A DNA stretch of 64,000 bases from Candidatus Giovannonibacteria bacterium (GCA_016176285.1 JACOXM010000002.1:10917-74916), one strand, 5' to 3'; counted from the first letter of the stretch, positions 7,832 through 17,480 are shown. The notes: generated by a model from the letters alone, not told the origin. Program-made: numbers and translations.

Positions 7832-9208
7832 TCACGCGGGCTCGATGCCGCGGGAGGCAAACAAGGTGAAAAGTTCCTCCTCTTTTTCGTGAAAAGTTTT
7901 TTCGTCGTTGGCTTCCAGAACAAGCCGCAAAACGTTTTCAGTATTGGAAAATCTCGCATTAAACCACCAGTTTTTGTATCTAAAAGTGATGCCGTCAAAA
8001 TAGTCTCTTTCGGCGTCGGCATATTTTTCTTCGAGCGCCGACATCAATCCTTCCCGGTCTTTAATTGCAAAATTTTTCTCCCCGGAGTGGGTGTAGATAA
8101 AATAGGGCTTTAATAACTCTGAAAGTTTTGCTTTCGAGGAAGAGATGATGTGAAGAACTTTCAGGGCGGCCAAGATAGAGCTTTCGGAAAAAAAGAATTC
8201 CTTGAAATAAAAATGACCCGACAACTCCCCTCCCAAGGCGGAATCTTCCTGGCGCATTAATTCCTTGAAAAATGAATGTCCAACGCGTGATTTATGGCAC
8301 TTGATCCCGTCTTTCGCTAAATCTTCCACTAAAACCCGGGAAGCCCTGACATCATACACGACGCTTTCTCCCGGTTGGACAAATTTTTTTGCCAAAAGCC
8401 ACAGCACGGCATCGCCTCTTATTACATTTCCAAGCTCATCCAATACAATAATTCTGTCGCCATCGGGGTCGAAAATAAAGCCGACTTCGGCTTTATTTTC
8501 GAGCACCGCCTTACGAGCATTAACTTGCGCTTCCGGTAAAAGCGGATTTGGCTCCCTGACTACCATGGAAGGATCTGGTTCGAGGTTTAAATTAATATCG
8601 TGTATTTTTTCTACGCTCTTCAAGAGTTCCGATAAAATCGGGCCCACCGCTCCCCCGCCGGCATCAAAAACGGCTTTAATATCCTTCGGCAAATTAACTC
8701 TTTCCAGAAGAAATGAGATGTAATCTTTTAGAAAATTTTTTTCTTCAAGACTTCCTTTCGGACCCGAGTAATCCGTAATTCCCTTTTTAATTATTTCTTT
8801 GATTTCGGGATAACCATTTTTTTCATTTAAAGGCTGAACCCCCTTATAAACTTTAAAGCCATTATATCTTACGGAATTATGCGAAGCCGTTATCATTATT
8901 CCTGCCGGCATTCCGCTCAAGTAAAGCGAATATGCAAAAAGGGGCGTAGTAGCGGCACCGATATTGACCACATCGATTCCCCTTTCCCGCAGCTTATTTA
9001 TTACTACATTTGAAATTTCCGATGAGCTCCACCTGACGTCTTCGCCGACCAAGCATTTTTTTCCTCCGAATGATTTAAAATATTGCGCTGCGCCCTCAAC
9101 AAAAATTTCGATAGTGTTCAAATCCAGCTCCTCTGGATATAAACCCCTGATATCGTAAGCCTTGAAAACTTTTTCGTTAAAAGCCTTTAACCTGATATTT
9201 ACGTCCAT
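7832..9208 (-). CDS. Phosphoglucomutase/phosphomannomutase family protein (possibly GlmM-like)
   Basis: Active-site TASHNS(V)RYNGFK (TASHNP motif), GGELSGHFYF sugar-binding loop, ~458 aa. Confidence 0.8.
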   Translation of the reverse strand: MDVNIRLKAFNEKVFKAYDIRGLYPEELDLNTIEIFVEGAAQYFKSFGGKKCLVGEDVRWSSSEISNVVINKLRERGIDVVNIGAATTPLFAYSLYLSGMPAGIMITASHNSVRYNGFKVYKGVQPLNEKNGYPEIKEIIKKGITDYSGPKGSLEEKNFLKDYISFLLERVNLPKDIKAVFDAGGGAVGPILSELLKSVEKIHDINLNLEPDPSMVVREPNPLLPEAQVNARKAVLENKAEVGFIFDPDGDRIIVLDELGNVIRGDAVLWLLAKKFVQPGESVVYDVRASRVLVEDLAKDGIKCHKSRVGHSFFKELMRQEDSALGGELSGHFYFKEFFFSESSILAALKVLHIISSSKAKLSELLKPYFIYTHSGEKNFAIKDREGLMSALEEKYADAERDYFDGITFRYKNWWFNARFSNTENVLRLVLEANDEKTFHEKEEELFTLFASRGIEPA

Positions 9209-9235
9209 TGATTAATATTTTACCATAAGAAAATT

Positions 9236-10138
9236 ATGTCGTTAAAAATAGGAATCGTAGGCCTGCCAAATGTCGGAAAATCAACCCTTTTTCAGGCGCT
9301 CACAAAAAAAGAGGTAGATAGGTCTAATTACCCATTCGCCACAATAGACCCGAATGTCGGAGTAGTCGAAGTTCCGGATTCGAGGCTCGAAAAACTTGCC
9401 GAGCTTTCGCACTCAAAAAAAGTAGTTCGGGCGGTAGTTGAATTCGTGGATATAGCCGGGCTTGTAAAAGGGGCGTCCCAGGGAGAAGGGCTTGGCAATA
9501 AATTTTTGGCGCACATAAGGGAAGTTGACGCGATCCTGGAAGTCGTTCGCGCGTTTGAAGACGAAAAAGTAATACACGTCAACGGCAAACCTAATCCGGC
9601 ATCGGATATTGAAACCATCCAAATAGAACTAGAACTGAAAGACCTTGAAACTAAGGAAAAAGCAAAAGATATATCCCAACTGCAGTTACTTTCCTCGAAA
9701 CCTATTCTATATGCCTTCAACACCTCGGATAAAGATAACGCGAAAATTCCCGATATTCCAAATTCTGTATCCTTGGACATAAAAAAAGAATTTGAAATAA
9801 GCGAACTTGATGAAAGCGACAGAAAAGAATTAAATTTGGCTTCCCGCCTGCCGGAATTGATACAAAAGGCCTACGAAATTTTAGGATTGATAACTTTTTT
9901 TACTACCGGAGAGGATGAATCGAGAGCATGGACCATACCCAAAGATTCTAAAGCCCCGAGGGCCGGCCGCGCCATACACGCAGATTTTGAAAATAAATTC
10001 ATCAGAGCGGAGGTTATCTCGTACGAAAAATTCCTGGAAGCAGGCACTTGGTCTAAGGCCCGTGAGATGGGACTGTTAAGGACAGAAGGAAAAGAATACA
10101 TCGTTAAAGATGGCGACATAATTGAATTTAAAATTTAA
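9236..10138 (+). CDS. ychF: Ribosome-binding ATPase YchF (Obg-family GTPase, OLA1)
   Basis: KIGIVGLPNVGKSTLFQALT P-loop, the DPNVGVV motif, and a C-terminal TGS-like domain. Confidence 0.85.
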   Translation: MSLKIGIVGLPNVGKSTLFQALTKKEVDRSNYPFATIDPNVGVVEVPDSRLEKLAELSHSKKVVRAVVEFVDIAGLVKGASQGEGLGNKFLAHIREVDAILEVVRAFEDEKVIHVNGKPNPASDIETIQIELELKDLETKEKAKDISQLQLLSSKPILYAFNTSDKDNAKIPDIPNSVSLDIKKEFEISELDESDRKELNLASRLPELIQKAYEILGLITFFTTGEDESRAWTIPKDSKAPRAGRAIHADFENKFIRAEVISYEKFLEAGTWSKAREMGLLRTEGKEYIVKDGDIIEFKI

Positions 10139-10156
10139 TTTTGCTATACTTCTCCC

Positions 10157-10561
10157 ATGAATTCTGAACCAAAATTATACGAAATTTCCCTGATTTTAAA
10201 GAGCGACGCCGACGAATCTACGGGAAAAGTCTTAGAAAACATAAAAAAAACTTTAGAGACTAAAAACGGCAGAAGCGCCGATGAATCAAGGCTCACAAAG
10301 AAACGGCTTGCGTACCCAATAAATAAATGGACAGAGGGTTCTTTTATCAGCATGAAATTCTTTCTTAAACCGGAGGATCTTTTGGATTTCAGTTCTGTAT
10401 TAAACGCTGATAAGGAAATAATCCGTTATATGATAGCTTCACCCACCCCCCAAAAAGATCACAGGGGAACAGGCAAAAAAATAAAGCGGGTATCAGCAGA
10501 AAAGAAAAACGCAGACATGAAGGAAATTGATAAGAAACTTGAGGAAATACTGGGCCAATAG
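10157..10561 (+). CDS. rpsF: 30S ribosomal protein S6
   Basis: YEISLIL start and the RLAYPINKW motif. Sits immediately upstream of ssb, the canonical operon position. Confidence 0.8.
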   Translation: MNSEPKLYEISLILKSDADESTGKVLENIKKTLETKNGRSADESRLTKKRLAYPINKWTEGSFISMKFFLKPEDLLDFSSVLNADKEIIRYMIASPTPQKDHRGTGKKIKRVSAEKKNADMKEIDKKLEEILGQ

Positions 10562-10573
10562 TATAATTTCTAC

Positions 10574-11023
10574 ATGAATCTCAATAAGGTGCTATTGATC
10601 GGAAATCTTACGCGCGACCCGGAAATGAGGGCGCTCCCCTCCGGCCAGAACGTCGCCACATTTGGAATCGCTACAAACAGAGTCTTCAATCGGGCAGGAA
10701 AACAGGAAAAACAGGCCGAATTCCACAATATCGTTGCCTTCGGAAGGCTCGCGGAGATATCCTCGCAATACTTATCGAGAGGTAAAATGGTTTTTATAGA
10801 AGGGCGAATACAGACAAGGAATTGGGAAGCAAAAGACGGGACAAAAAGAAACCGCACGGAAATAGTCGCGGAAAAAATGCAGATGGGCCCCCGAACGGGC
10901 GGATTTGAGAAGCCAGCCGATAGAGAACCCGCCGCAAATCCTCCAGACAAACAGGCAGATAAGGAGGAAGTCGAGACAATAGACTATTCAGAAGACATAA
11001 ATCCAGACGAAATTCCTTTTTAG
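10574..11023 (+). CDS. ssb: Single-stranded DNA-binding protein
   Basis: OB-fold N-terminus MNLNKVLLIGNLTRDPEMRALPSGQNVATF, the EFHNIVAFGRLAE motif, and an acidic tail ending DEIPF. Confidence 0.9.
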   Translation: MNLNKVLLIGNLTRDPEMRALPSGQNVATFGIATNRVFNRAGKQEKQAEFHNIVAFGRLAEISSQYLSRGKMVFIEGRIQTRNWEAKDGTKRNRTEIVAEKMQMGPRTGGFEKPADREPAANPPDKQADKEEVETIDYSEDINPDEIPF

Positions 11024-11027
11024 TAAA

Positions 11028-11642
11028 ATGAAAAATAAATTTCTGACTTCTAATCCAAGGGTTGTTTCTTTTGTATCAAATTGGTTTCACCACATGATCA
11101 TGCGAAGGGTGAAGCACGGAAAATGGCTCGGCAAACCTATTGTAAAATTTCCGGAAGACTTGATGGTGTTGCAGGAAATTATATGGGAGACCAGACCAGA
11201 TACTATTATCGAATGCGGAACAAAATACGGCGGATCTGCTTTGTTAATGGCCTCTATTCTTGACCAAATCAGCAAGGGTAAAATAATAACTATTGATAAT
11301 AAAAACAGAGGAGAATTAAAGCATCCCCGGATTAACTATATTACGGGTAACAGCTTAGAGCAGGACATCAGGCCGGATGGCGAGACTATGGTTGTCTTGG
11401 ATTCTGACCACAGCTACACGCACGTTTTACATGAATTGGAAAAATACGCGCCAATGGTTACCAAAGGACAGTATCTGATTGTAGAGGACACTACTTATTC
11501 AAGCCAATATGAAGGGGGTGGGCCAGCTAAGGCCGTGAGCGAATTTCTAAAAAATCACAAAGAATTCGAAATTGATCGGAATCGCGAGAAATTTTTGATT
11601 ACCATGAACAGGGGTGGATATTTAAAAAGGCTTAATATATAA
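11028..11642 (+). CDS. CmcI-family class I SAM-dependent methyltransferase (cephalosporin hydroxylase / macrocin-O-MTase-like)
   Basis: WLGKPIVKFPEDL...RPDTIIECGTKYGGSALLMA...GKIITIDNK matches the CmcI family pattern. Confidence 0.6.
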   Translation: MKNKFLTSNPRVVSFVSNWFHHMIMRRVKHGKWLGKPIVKFPEDLMVLQEIIWETRPDTIIECGTKYGGSALLMASILDQISKGKIITIDNKNRGELKHPRINYITGNSLEQDIRPDGETMVVLDSDHSYTHVLHELEKYAPMVTKGQYLIVEDTTYSSQYEGGGPAKAVSEFLKNHKEFEIDRNREKFLITMNRGGYLKRLNI

Positions 11643-11650
11643 TTCGTTTC

Positions 11651-11854
11651 ATGGAAAAACAGTGTTATTTTTGCACATCCAATATAAAAAGCGTAGACCA
11701 CAAAGACGTTGAAAGCTTAAAGCGCTTTTTGGACCCTCAATTTAGAATCGTCCCAAAAAGGCGTTCCGGGCTTTGCTCGCTCCACCAAAGGAACCTAGCA
11801 AGAGCTGTAAAAAGGGCGAGAGTAATGGCAATGCTGCCCTTTGTCGTAAGGTAA
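11651..11854 (+). CDS. rpsR: 30S ribosomal protein S18
   Basis: CYFC...VDHKDVESLKRFL...CSLHQRNLARAVKRARVMAMLPF matches the S18 consensus. Confidence 0.85.
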   Translation: MEKQCYFCTSNIKSVDHKDVESLKRFLDPQFRIVPKRRSGLCSLHQRNLARAVKRARVMAMLPFVVR

Positions 11855-11857
11855 TAT

Positions 11858-12532
11858 CTACCCGGTCCACTCTTTTAGGATAGCTTTTAAATGTTCGGAG
11901 CTGCCCGGGTTTTTTGTGATACCTTCTTCCAAAATAGATTTAGCCCTAACATCATCTTTCAATTTAAAGCGGTATAACTCGTATAGTTTTTGATATAGAA
12001 TGCCCGCTCCGTCATCCACTTTTATGCCCATCTTGTAATTCGCTTCGGCTTTTTTGTAGTCGTTCAGATTATATGTATATAGATCGCCTAAATTGTTGTA
12101 TGGCACGTAATAATTCGGTTTTAAATAACTTGCGTATTCCCAGGCCTCCTTGGCGCCCATAAAGTCCCCTATGAACTTTCTCTGGAGACCTAGATCCACC
12201 CAAAGATCATCTATGCTGGGATCTTGTCTTAATTTATTAGTAATCGTTTCGATTTTGGTAAGCGCCATTTTTTTGGAGTCCTCTGAAAGTTCTGCCCTAA
12301 TCTCAACGGGAAACGGAAGGGCAGGAACGGCTTTTTTAACTACGCTTGGAGTGGGACTTGGTTTATTTTGATTTGATGGCGTTGGTGTCGGGGTTGGCGT
12401 CGGGCCAACGGAAATATTTTCCCCGGGTTTATTAATTTTTCCTATATCTTTCCAGATATAATAAGCACCCCCTAATACGGCTATGGCAATTATAACCGCC
12501 CAAATATAAATGGTTTTATTGTCGCGAATCAT
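11858..12532 (-). CDS. Membrane-anchored TPR-repeat protein with Pro/Thr-rich linker
   Basis: N-terminal TM, a (TP)n linker TPTPTPTPSNQNKPSPTPS, and C-terminal TPR-like repeats (AWEYASYLKPNYYVPYNNLGDLY...). Confidence 0.55.
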   Translation of the reverse strand: MIRDNKTIYIWAVIIAIAVLGGAYYIWKDIGKINKPGENISVGPTPTPTPTPSNQNKPSPTPSVVKKAVPALPFPVEIRAELSEDSKKMALTKIETITNKLRQDPSIDDLWVDLGLQRKFIGDFMGAKEAWEYASYLKPNYYVPYNNLGDLYTYNLNDYKKAEANYKMGIKVDDGAGILYQKLYELYRFKLKDDVRAKSILEEGITKNPGSSEHLKAILKEWTG

Positions 12533-12557
12533 AGGAAAATTATATAGAATTTCACCC

Positions 12558-12594
12558 CTAAAAACAATCCAGCCCCGGCATATGCCGGGGCTGG
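12558..12594 (-). terminator. Rho-independent terminator downstream (minus strand) of the giant surface-protein gene
   Basis: Perfect 26-nt palindrome CCAGCCCCGGCATATGCCGGGGCTGG, followed on the minus strand by ATTGTTTTTAGG. Confidence 0.5.
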
Positions 12595-12632
12595 ATTTGA
12601 GTGACTTGCGTCACCTAGAAACTTCAATCCCT

Positions 12633-13280
12633 TTAGTTAGGAGATGTGAGAGTTTCTGAGGTCATGTTGTTGGTCGGTAGACCAGGCAACTGATAGCCGT
12701 TGGTGTAGTCGAAGTCTGCAACAGTGTTCTGGGTTGTCGTAGAAATCGGCGACCAGATGAAGTCGTTGTTGGTAATGTTGTCGATACCAGTTACCTGGGT
12801 TTCAATAACATTTCCAGACTGACCCATTTCACCACCATAAGTCAAGGCTGCACCTTTTCCTGTTATTGCTGACTGATGTCCTGCCGGGAAAGCGGCATCA
12901 CCCTCAAGTTGGACCGAGAACGATTCCTGACCGGAAACATTCTCTACTGAGCCGACAGTAGCGGCGAATCTGAAGTATCTTGTCTGTCCGGAAGGCACAA
13001 CGTAAGTCGTTGTAGCGTTAGCCGTGTTACAAGCGGTAGCATTTTTGTCCATGAAGATCTCTACAGGCGCGCTGGAATTCGGGTTAACGTCAGTTCCGAT
13101 TCTTTCGCCTACATTGTCCGTAACATTCGGCTTGACTCTCGCACATTGCGATGCGTTCAAGAGACCATCAGAGCTGAATGTTGTATCAGCCTGTGAGAAT
13201 CCTGAATCAGTAAACGCATATAGCGAGAAGAGCGATGTGGTCGCACCGGCTTGGCCAGCAGGAGCAGTTGAAGAGCTCAC
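12633..13280 (-). pseudogene. C-terminal continuation of the surface protein in a different frame (split or frameshifted gene)
   Basis: Same strand, 35 nt downstream of the 1038-aa ORF's stop, with the same T/S/G/N-rich composition. The frame is open from 13346 so a single indel would fuse the two. GTG start in the ORF track. Confidence 0.4.
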
Positions 13281-13315
13281 TAGGAAGCTAAGCTTGAATA
13301 GAGCGACATCGCCAC

Positions 13316-16300
13316 CTACATAACCGAGAACTTGTAGAGAGTCTTGTCAGCCGTTGTACCTGCGGTCAAGGTCTTTTCCGTGGATGATAACGTAATGTGT
13401 GCAAGTTCTGGATACGCTCTGAAGATTCTAACTCCGGAAGAACTTGTGTCTGTCGCGCTCGGGCTTATGTTTGAGCCTGAAGCAACGCCTACACCGTAGT
13501 TTCCGTTAATTCCAACGTTCTGTCCGTCGTAATCCACTTTCAGGAAATCACCGGACTTGTTGTTATCACAAGAGTTACAAATATTCGAGATATCTCCTTT
13601 TACAACCACTACTTTCGAACTGTCTTTAGTAATTCTGAATGTTCCGGAAGCAATTGCTGAAGATGTAGCAAAGTCTTCCTGGGCTGTCGTGAATTCGGCT
13701 GTTCCAAGTGATACGCCGTCGGTTGTCCATAGTGTAACGCGCCTGCCCACAAGGTCATTTGCCGTGTTTGAAGCAGTGCCAGTAAGTTGAAGGGCTACTT
13801 GCCTCAAATCAACATCTTCGTTAGCCGCAGAGAATCTAATTCTCGCGAGCTCAACGTTCGTGGCTCCTGCATTTACAACTTTGTATCCTGGGCTGTTTGC
13901 ATCCAATACAGCGGTTAATGTCCCGCCGGAAGATGCGGCCATGATCTGACCATTTGCCTCTGTCAAAGTTTCAACAATAGTCTGTCCGGAAGTTACACCA
14001 GTGGCGCCGGTAAATGCAGCCTGCTGACCGTTGTCCAGACCCCAGAGGTATGCACCAGTGGATCCGGAACGAACATTACATTTCAAGCTTAATGTCTTTG
14101 CTGTTCCTTTCGTTAAGGTCAAGCCAGTTCCATCAAACGTAAATGTAGTTGAAGAAGATTCAGCTGTCGGGTCAACTATATTCGAAGAATTGACTACAAC
14201 GGGCCCGTCGTAAAGTTTACAACCAGTTAAGTCATTGGCTGCTCCAGTTGTCGGGGCATGTGCAACACCATAAGCCAATGGGATAGTAGTAATTCTGACA
14301 TCCTCACCGGAAGCTGTTGCGTCAAATGTGTATCTGGCGAATTCGAATTGAGATGAGCCAGCAATAACGCTTTGCGCTATCGGTACGGACTGAACGCTAA
14401 CCGATAAGGCTCCTGATTTAACTGTCATTCTCGGTAAGTTTAGAGCCGAAGATGGGCTTGGAGTAATAGTATTTGATGTCGTCAAGCCTCTTACTGTCCC
14501 CCACCCTGATGGAGTGGTTGAAGCAGCAATTGTTGTACCGCCATCAATATCCGATCCTATTTTTGCTTTAAGTGTGTACGTGTGTGCTCCTGTCGGGAAT
14601 GTAATGGTGTCAGTGAATGGAATTGTTCCTTCATTTCCGCTGCTGTCAGTAGCTGAACCATCTACCGGTCCCGCAACCACTGTTCCTGTTTCATCCACCA
14701 GTATGGCATTCGTAATATCGTCAACATCGTCGTTTGCTCCCTCTCCAACCAATGAAACCTGGAAGGTTATGCTGGCAACTGAGATTGGTTCTCCCTTTAC
14801 GTCAACCGAAAGTGCTCCTAACGGCTGGCTCAAAAGATTAACTCCAATGTTTTGCGCGGCAACCGCAGTGGCGACTGAAACGTTCATAGTTCCAGTGTTT
14901 ACGGTTACTTGTGCCGCATCGTAGTAGTAGTCATCCGCATTGTTGAAGGCGGCTCCATCGGCAGAGGCGGCAGAACCAGCTAGAGGAGGAATAATTCCGA
15001 AGCCCCAGTTTGGTCCGCTAGCGCCCTTGCTAATTTCAGCCCCGTAAAGGCCGATATCAGTTCTCTTCGCGATGTCGAAGTCAACAGTTCTTGAAGAACC
15101 CCCGACGATATCACCTTTAATGGAAATATCTACGGAGAATCCTTTGTCAACTAGGATTCCGTTTCCTGGGAATGTTGATGTGTAATATTTACCGTCTGAA
15201 CTGACCACCGTGTCGTAAGCGGTTCCGTCAACGTAAGTTTTTACGTTGGCAAGGTCTGCAGTTCCGACAGAACCTGTCTGGTTCCAGCGAATACTTGATA
15301 GGTAAACTTTTTCAGCCGATCCGGCTGTGATTTTAACTGACGAGAAGGTATAGCCGGTAGTTCCAACATTCTTTGTCTGTGAAGCTCCCGGGTCCAATGA
15401 TCCTCTGGAAGTTGTTACAGATCCAATCGTTAGAGCGGCGTTTATTGTGTGCGCAGCTCCTGTTATCGGAAGTGATCCCGATACGGTTGCCGCCGTGTTT
15501 ATTCCAATTACGGAGAACGTCGCGACGTTTCCAGCGTCGTCAGCCAAGTTGGTCTTGGTGTCCATGTTGCCGCCAATCGTAAGCGTTCTTGTTTGACCAG
15601 CTTTTACGACAAACGGATCTCCAACTACCGCCTGGTGAGTGGAGTTCAAAGTCTTTGCGATTCCGATCTGCGTGCCATTTTCGTCTACAAGCGTTACTCC
15701 AATGAATGCGCCATCGGCAGCAGGTCCACCTCTTTCGACTGTGACCCCGTTTACGGTTATATCGCCATCATTAGAAGCAGTGAGTTTGAATACCGTGAAA
15801 GGTACTCTCGCCGCCGCTCCCGGGGCGATGTGATTAGCGGGCTGCGTTCCAGCGCTAATCATTAAGCCAGTGCCAACAATTGTTGGTGTTGGCGTAGCGC
15901 CGTCGGTCGGGATAGGTGTTGGTGTAGTTCCTCCTGATACAAGTGATACATATTTAGCTCTTGAAATTGGTCCGAAGTATCCAGCCGCAGGGGTAATTCC
16001 ATAATTTTGCTGCCATTTTCCAACGGCTGTTCTTGTCAATGGACCAAAGTAAGTTGTTTCATTTCCGGGGGAGCCAGCGCCGGAAGCAGCAACCGTGAAC
16101 CCCGAAGAGTTCAAATATTGCTGAAGGCATGTGACATCAGAACCGGTAGAACCAACTGTAAGACTTCTTGTGAAGTTGCAGTTTCCAGTCTGTGCTGGAG
16201 GCGTTGTGGTAGGCTGGCCACGCAATGACGCATTTACGTTATTGATAGTGGCTGCATCAGCTCCAAACGACTGAAGCAATTGAAGAATCGACTGGATTTG

Positions 16301-16432
16301 CGATTCCGATAAGGCGGCGTTTGCCACCAACGGAACAGTTAGTGAAGCTCCCGACAGAAATATTGCTGTCGAAAAGCTTAAGAAAGTCACGGCAATTTTA
16401 TTCGCCATGCCATTCTTTGTTCGAATACTCAT
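13316..16432 (-). CDS. Giant secreted cell-surface protein with N-terminal peptidoglycan-binding domain and long Thr/Gly/Ser/Ala-rich beta-rich region
   Basis: Signal peptide, then a PG_binding_1-like segment (GSTGSDVTCLQQYLN...YFGPLTRTAVGKWQ), then ~900 aa of low-complexity T/G/S/A/V-rich sequence. Visibly GC-richer than its neighbours. Confidence 0.65.
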   Translation of the reverse strand: MSIRTKNGMANKIAVTFLSFSTAIFLSGASLTVPLVANAALSESQIQSILQLLQSFGADAATINNVNASLRGQPTTTPPAQTGNCNFTRSLTVGSTGSDVTCLQQYLNSSGFTVAASGAGSPGNETTYFGPLTRTAVGKWQQNYGITPAAGYFGPISRAKYVSLVSGGTTPTPIPTDGATPTPTIVGTGLMISAGTQPANHIAPGAAARVPFTVFKLTASNDGDITVNGVTVERGGPAADGAFIGVTLVDENGTQIGIAKTLNSTHQAVVGDPFVVKAGQTRTLTIGGNMDTKTNLADDAGNVATFSVIGINTAATVSGSLPITGAAHTINAALTIGSVTTSRGSLDPGASQTKNVGTTGYTFSSVKITAGSAEKVYLSSIRWNQTGSVGTADLANVKTYVDGTAYDTVVSSDGKYYTSTFPGNGILVDKGFSVDISIKGDIVGGSSRTVDFDIAKRTDIGLYGAEISKGASGPNWGFGIIPPLAGSAASADGAAFNNADDYYYDAAQVTVNTGTMNVSVATAVAAQNIGVNLLSQPLGALSVDVKGEPISVASITFQVSLVGEGANDDVDDITNAILVDETGTVVAGPVDGSATDSSGNEGTIPFTDTITFPTGAHTYTLKAKIGSDIDGGTTIAASTTPSGWGTVRGLTTSNTITPSPSSALNLPRMTVKSGALSVSVQSVPIAQSVIAGSSQFEFARYTFDATASGEDVRITTIPLAYGVAHAPTTGAANDLTGCKLYDGPVVVNSSNIVDPTAESSSTTFTFDGTGLTLTKGTAKTLSLKCNVRSGSTGAYLWGLDNGQQAAFTGATGVTSGQTIVETLTEANGQIMAASSGGTLTAVLDANSPGYKVVNAGATNVELARIRFSAANEDVDLRQVALQLTGTASNTANDLVGRRVTLWTTDGVSLGTAEFTTAQEDFATSSAIASGTFRITKDSSKVVVVKGDISNICNSCDNNKSGDFLKVDYDGQNVGINGNYGVGVASGSNISPSATDTSSSGVRIFRAYPELAHITLSSTEKTLTAGTTADKTLYKFSVM

Positions 16433-17076
16433 GATGATTCTTTTTTATTAATTAATTAAGCATAGATTTCTCGGATTCGACTCCACCTCATCGGCGGACC
16501 AAAAACTCCATGCGTTAGTAAACAACTGATAAATTTATTCTAATCTTAGGAGCCAAGCCATATTCCTTTGCGATATCTCGAAAATTCGATATATCGAGCT
16601 GGATCGACCGGACTCGAGACTCCAGTTAATTACCAAGGGTTATATATTATTATCTGACACAATAAAACTTCTATTCGTGCAACAGTTGATATTCATATGT
16701 CAAAGTTCCATCTAAAAAAGCAAACCTCCCTAAACATCGGGGGATAAGCTCTGTTGTCTTTTTCATTATAGGTAAACATACCTAAAACACACAAGGGGCA
16801 AAGATAATTTCGTTTGTGGATAACAAACTTCTTACAATAAAACTATCTGGCAAATTCGTCAACGGATTGCCAATTTTTTTAATTTTATCTTTAATTATAA
16901 GAATTTTTAGACAATCAAATTGAAAAATTGTCATTAAATGGAAAAAATTTGCTAAAATTAGAAATTAATTGTGAAATTAATAAAGTTTTTTTTATTTAGA
17001 AAAAAATTGAAAAAATGGCTAATAAATGGTAAAAAAACGAGATAAACGCTAAAAAACGTTTATCATACAATAAAAT

Positions 17077-17150
17077 TGCCGGGTCGTCTAATGGTAGGAC
17101 GTCGCGCTCTGGACGCGAAAATCGGGGTTCGAGCCCCTGCCCGGCAGCCA
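17077..17150 (+). tRNA. tRNA-Gln (anticodon CTG), CCA encoded
   Basis: Hand fold. U1:A72 acceptor TGCCGGG/CCCGGCA. Anticodon stem TCGCG/CGCGA with loop CTCTGGA. T-arm CGGGG-TTCGAGC-CCCTG. Discriminator G, then CCA. Confidence 0.75.
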
Positions 17151-17252
17151 CATAAAGTGGATAATGTGACTTATCCTTGATATAATAATTAAGGATTGTA
17201 AAGGAGCCTTTTTAAAGGTCGTAACTAAGTTTCTAACTAACTTTAAATACAA

Positions 17253-17468
17253 ATGAAAGCACTGCACATGATCGCCTTCGTCTTGTTGGTGGTAGGCGGT
17301 TTAAACTGGTTGCTTGTGGCATTTAACTACAACCTTGTGGATATGATCTTCGGCAAAGGAAGCATAGTAGCGACTATCGTGTACGTTCTCGTCGGACTCT
17401 CCGCGATTTGGGAAGTGATAACGCATTCATCGAACTGCCGGGTCTGCGGAAAACAAGCAGCAATGTAG
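17253..17468 (+). CDS. DUF378-family small membrane protein
   Basis: MKALHMIAFVLLVVGGLNWLLVAFNYNLVDMIFG is the characteristic DUF378 pattern. Two TM segments. Confidence 0.6.
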   Translation: MKALHMIAFVLLVVGGLNWLLVAFNYNLVDMIFGKGSIVATIVYVLVGLSAIWEVITHSSNCRVCGKQAAM

Positions 17469-17480
17469 TAAAAAAGCAAA

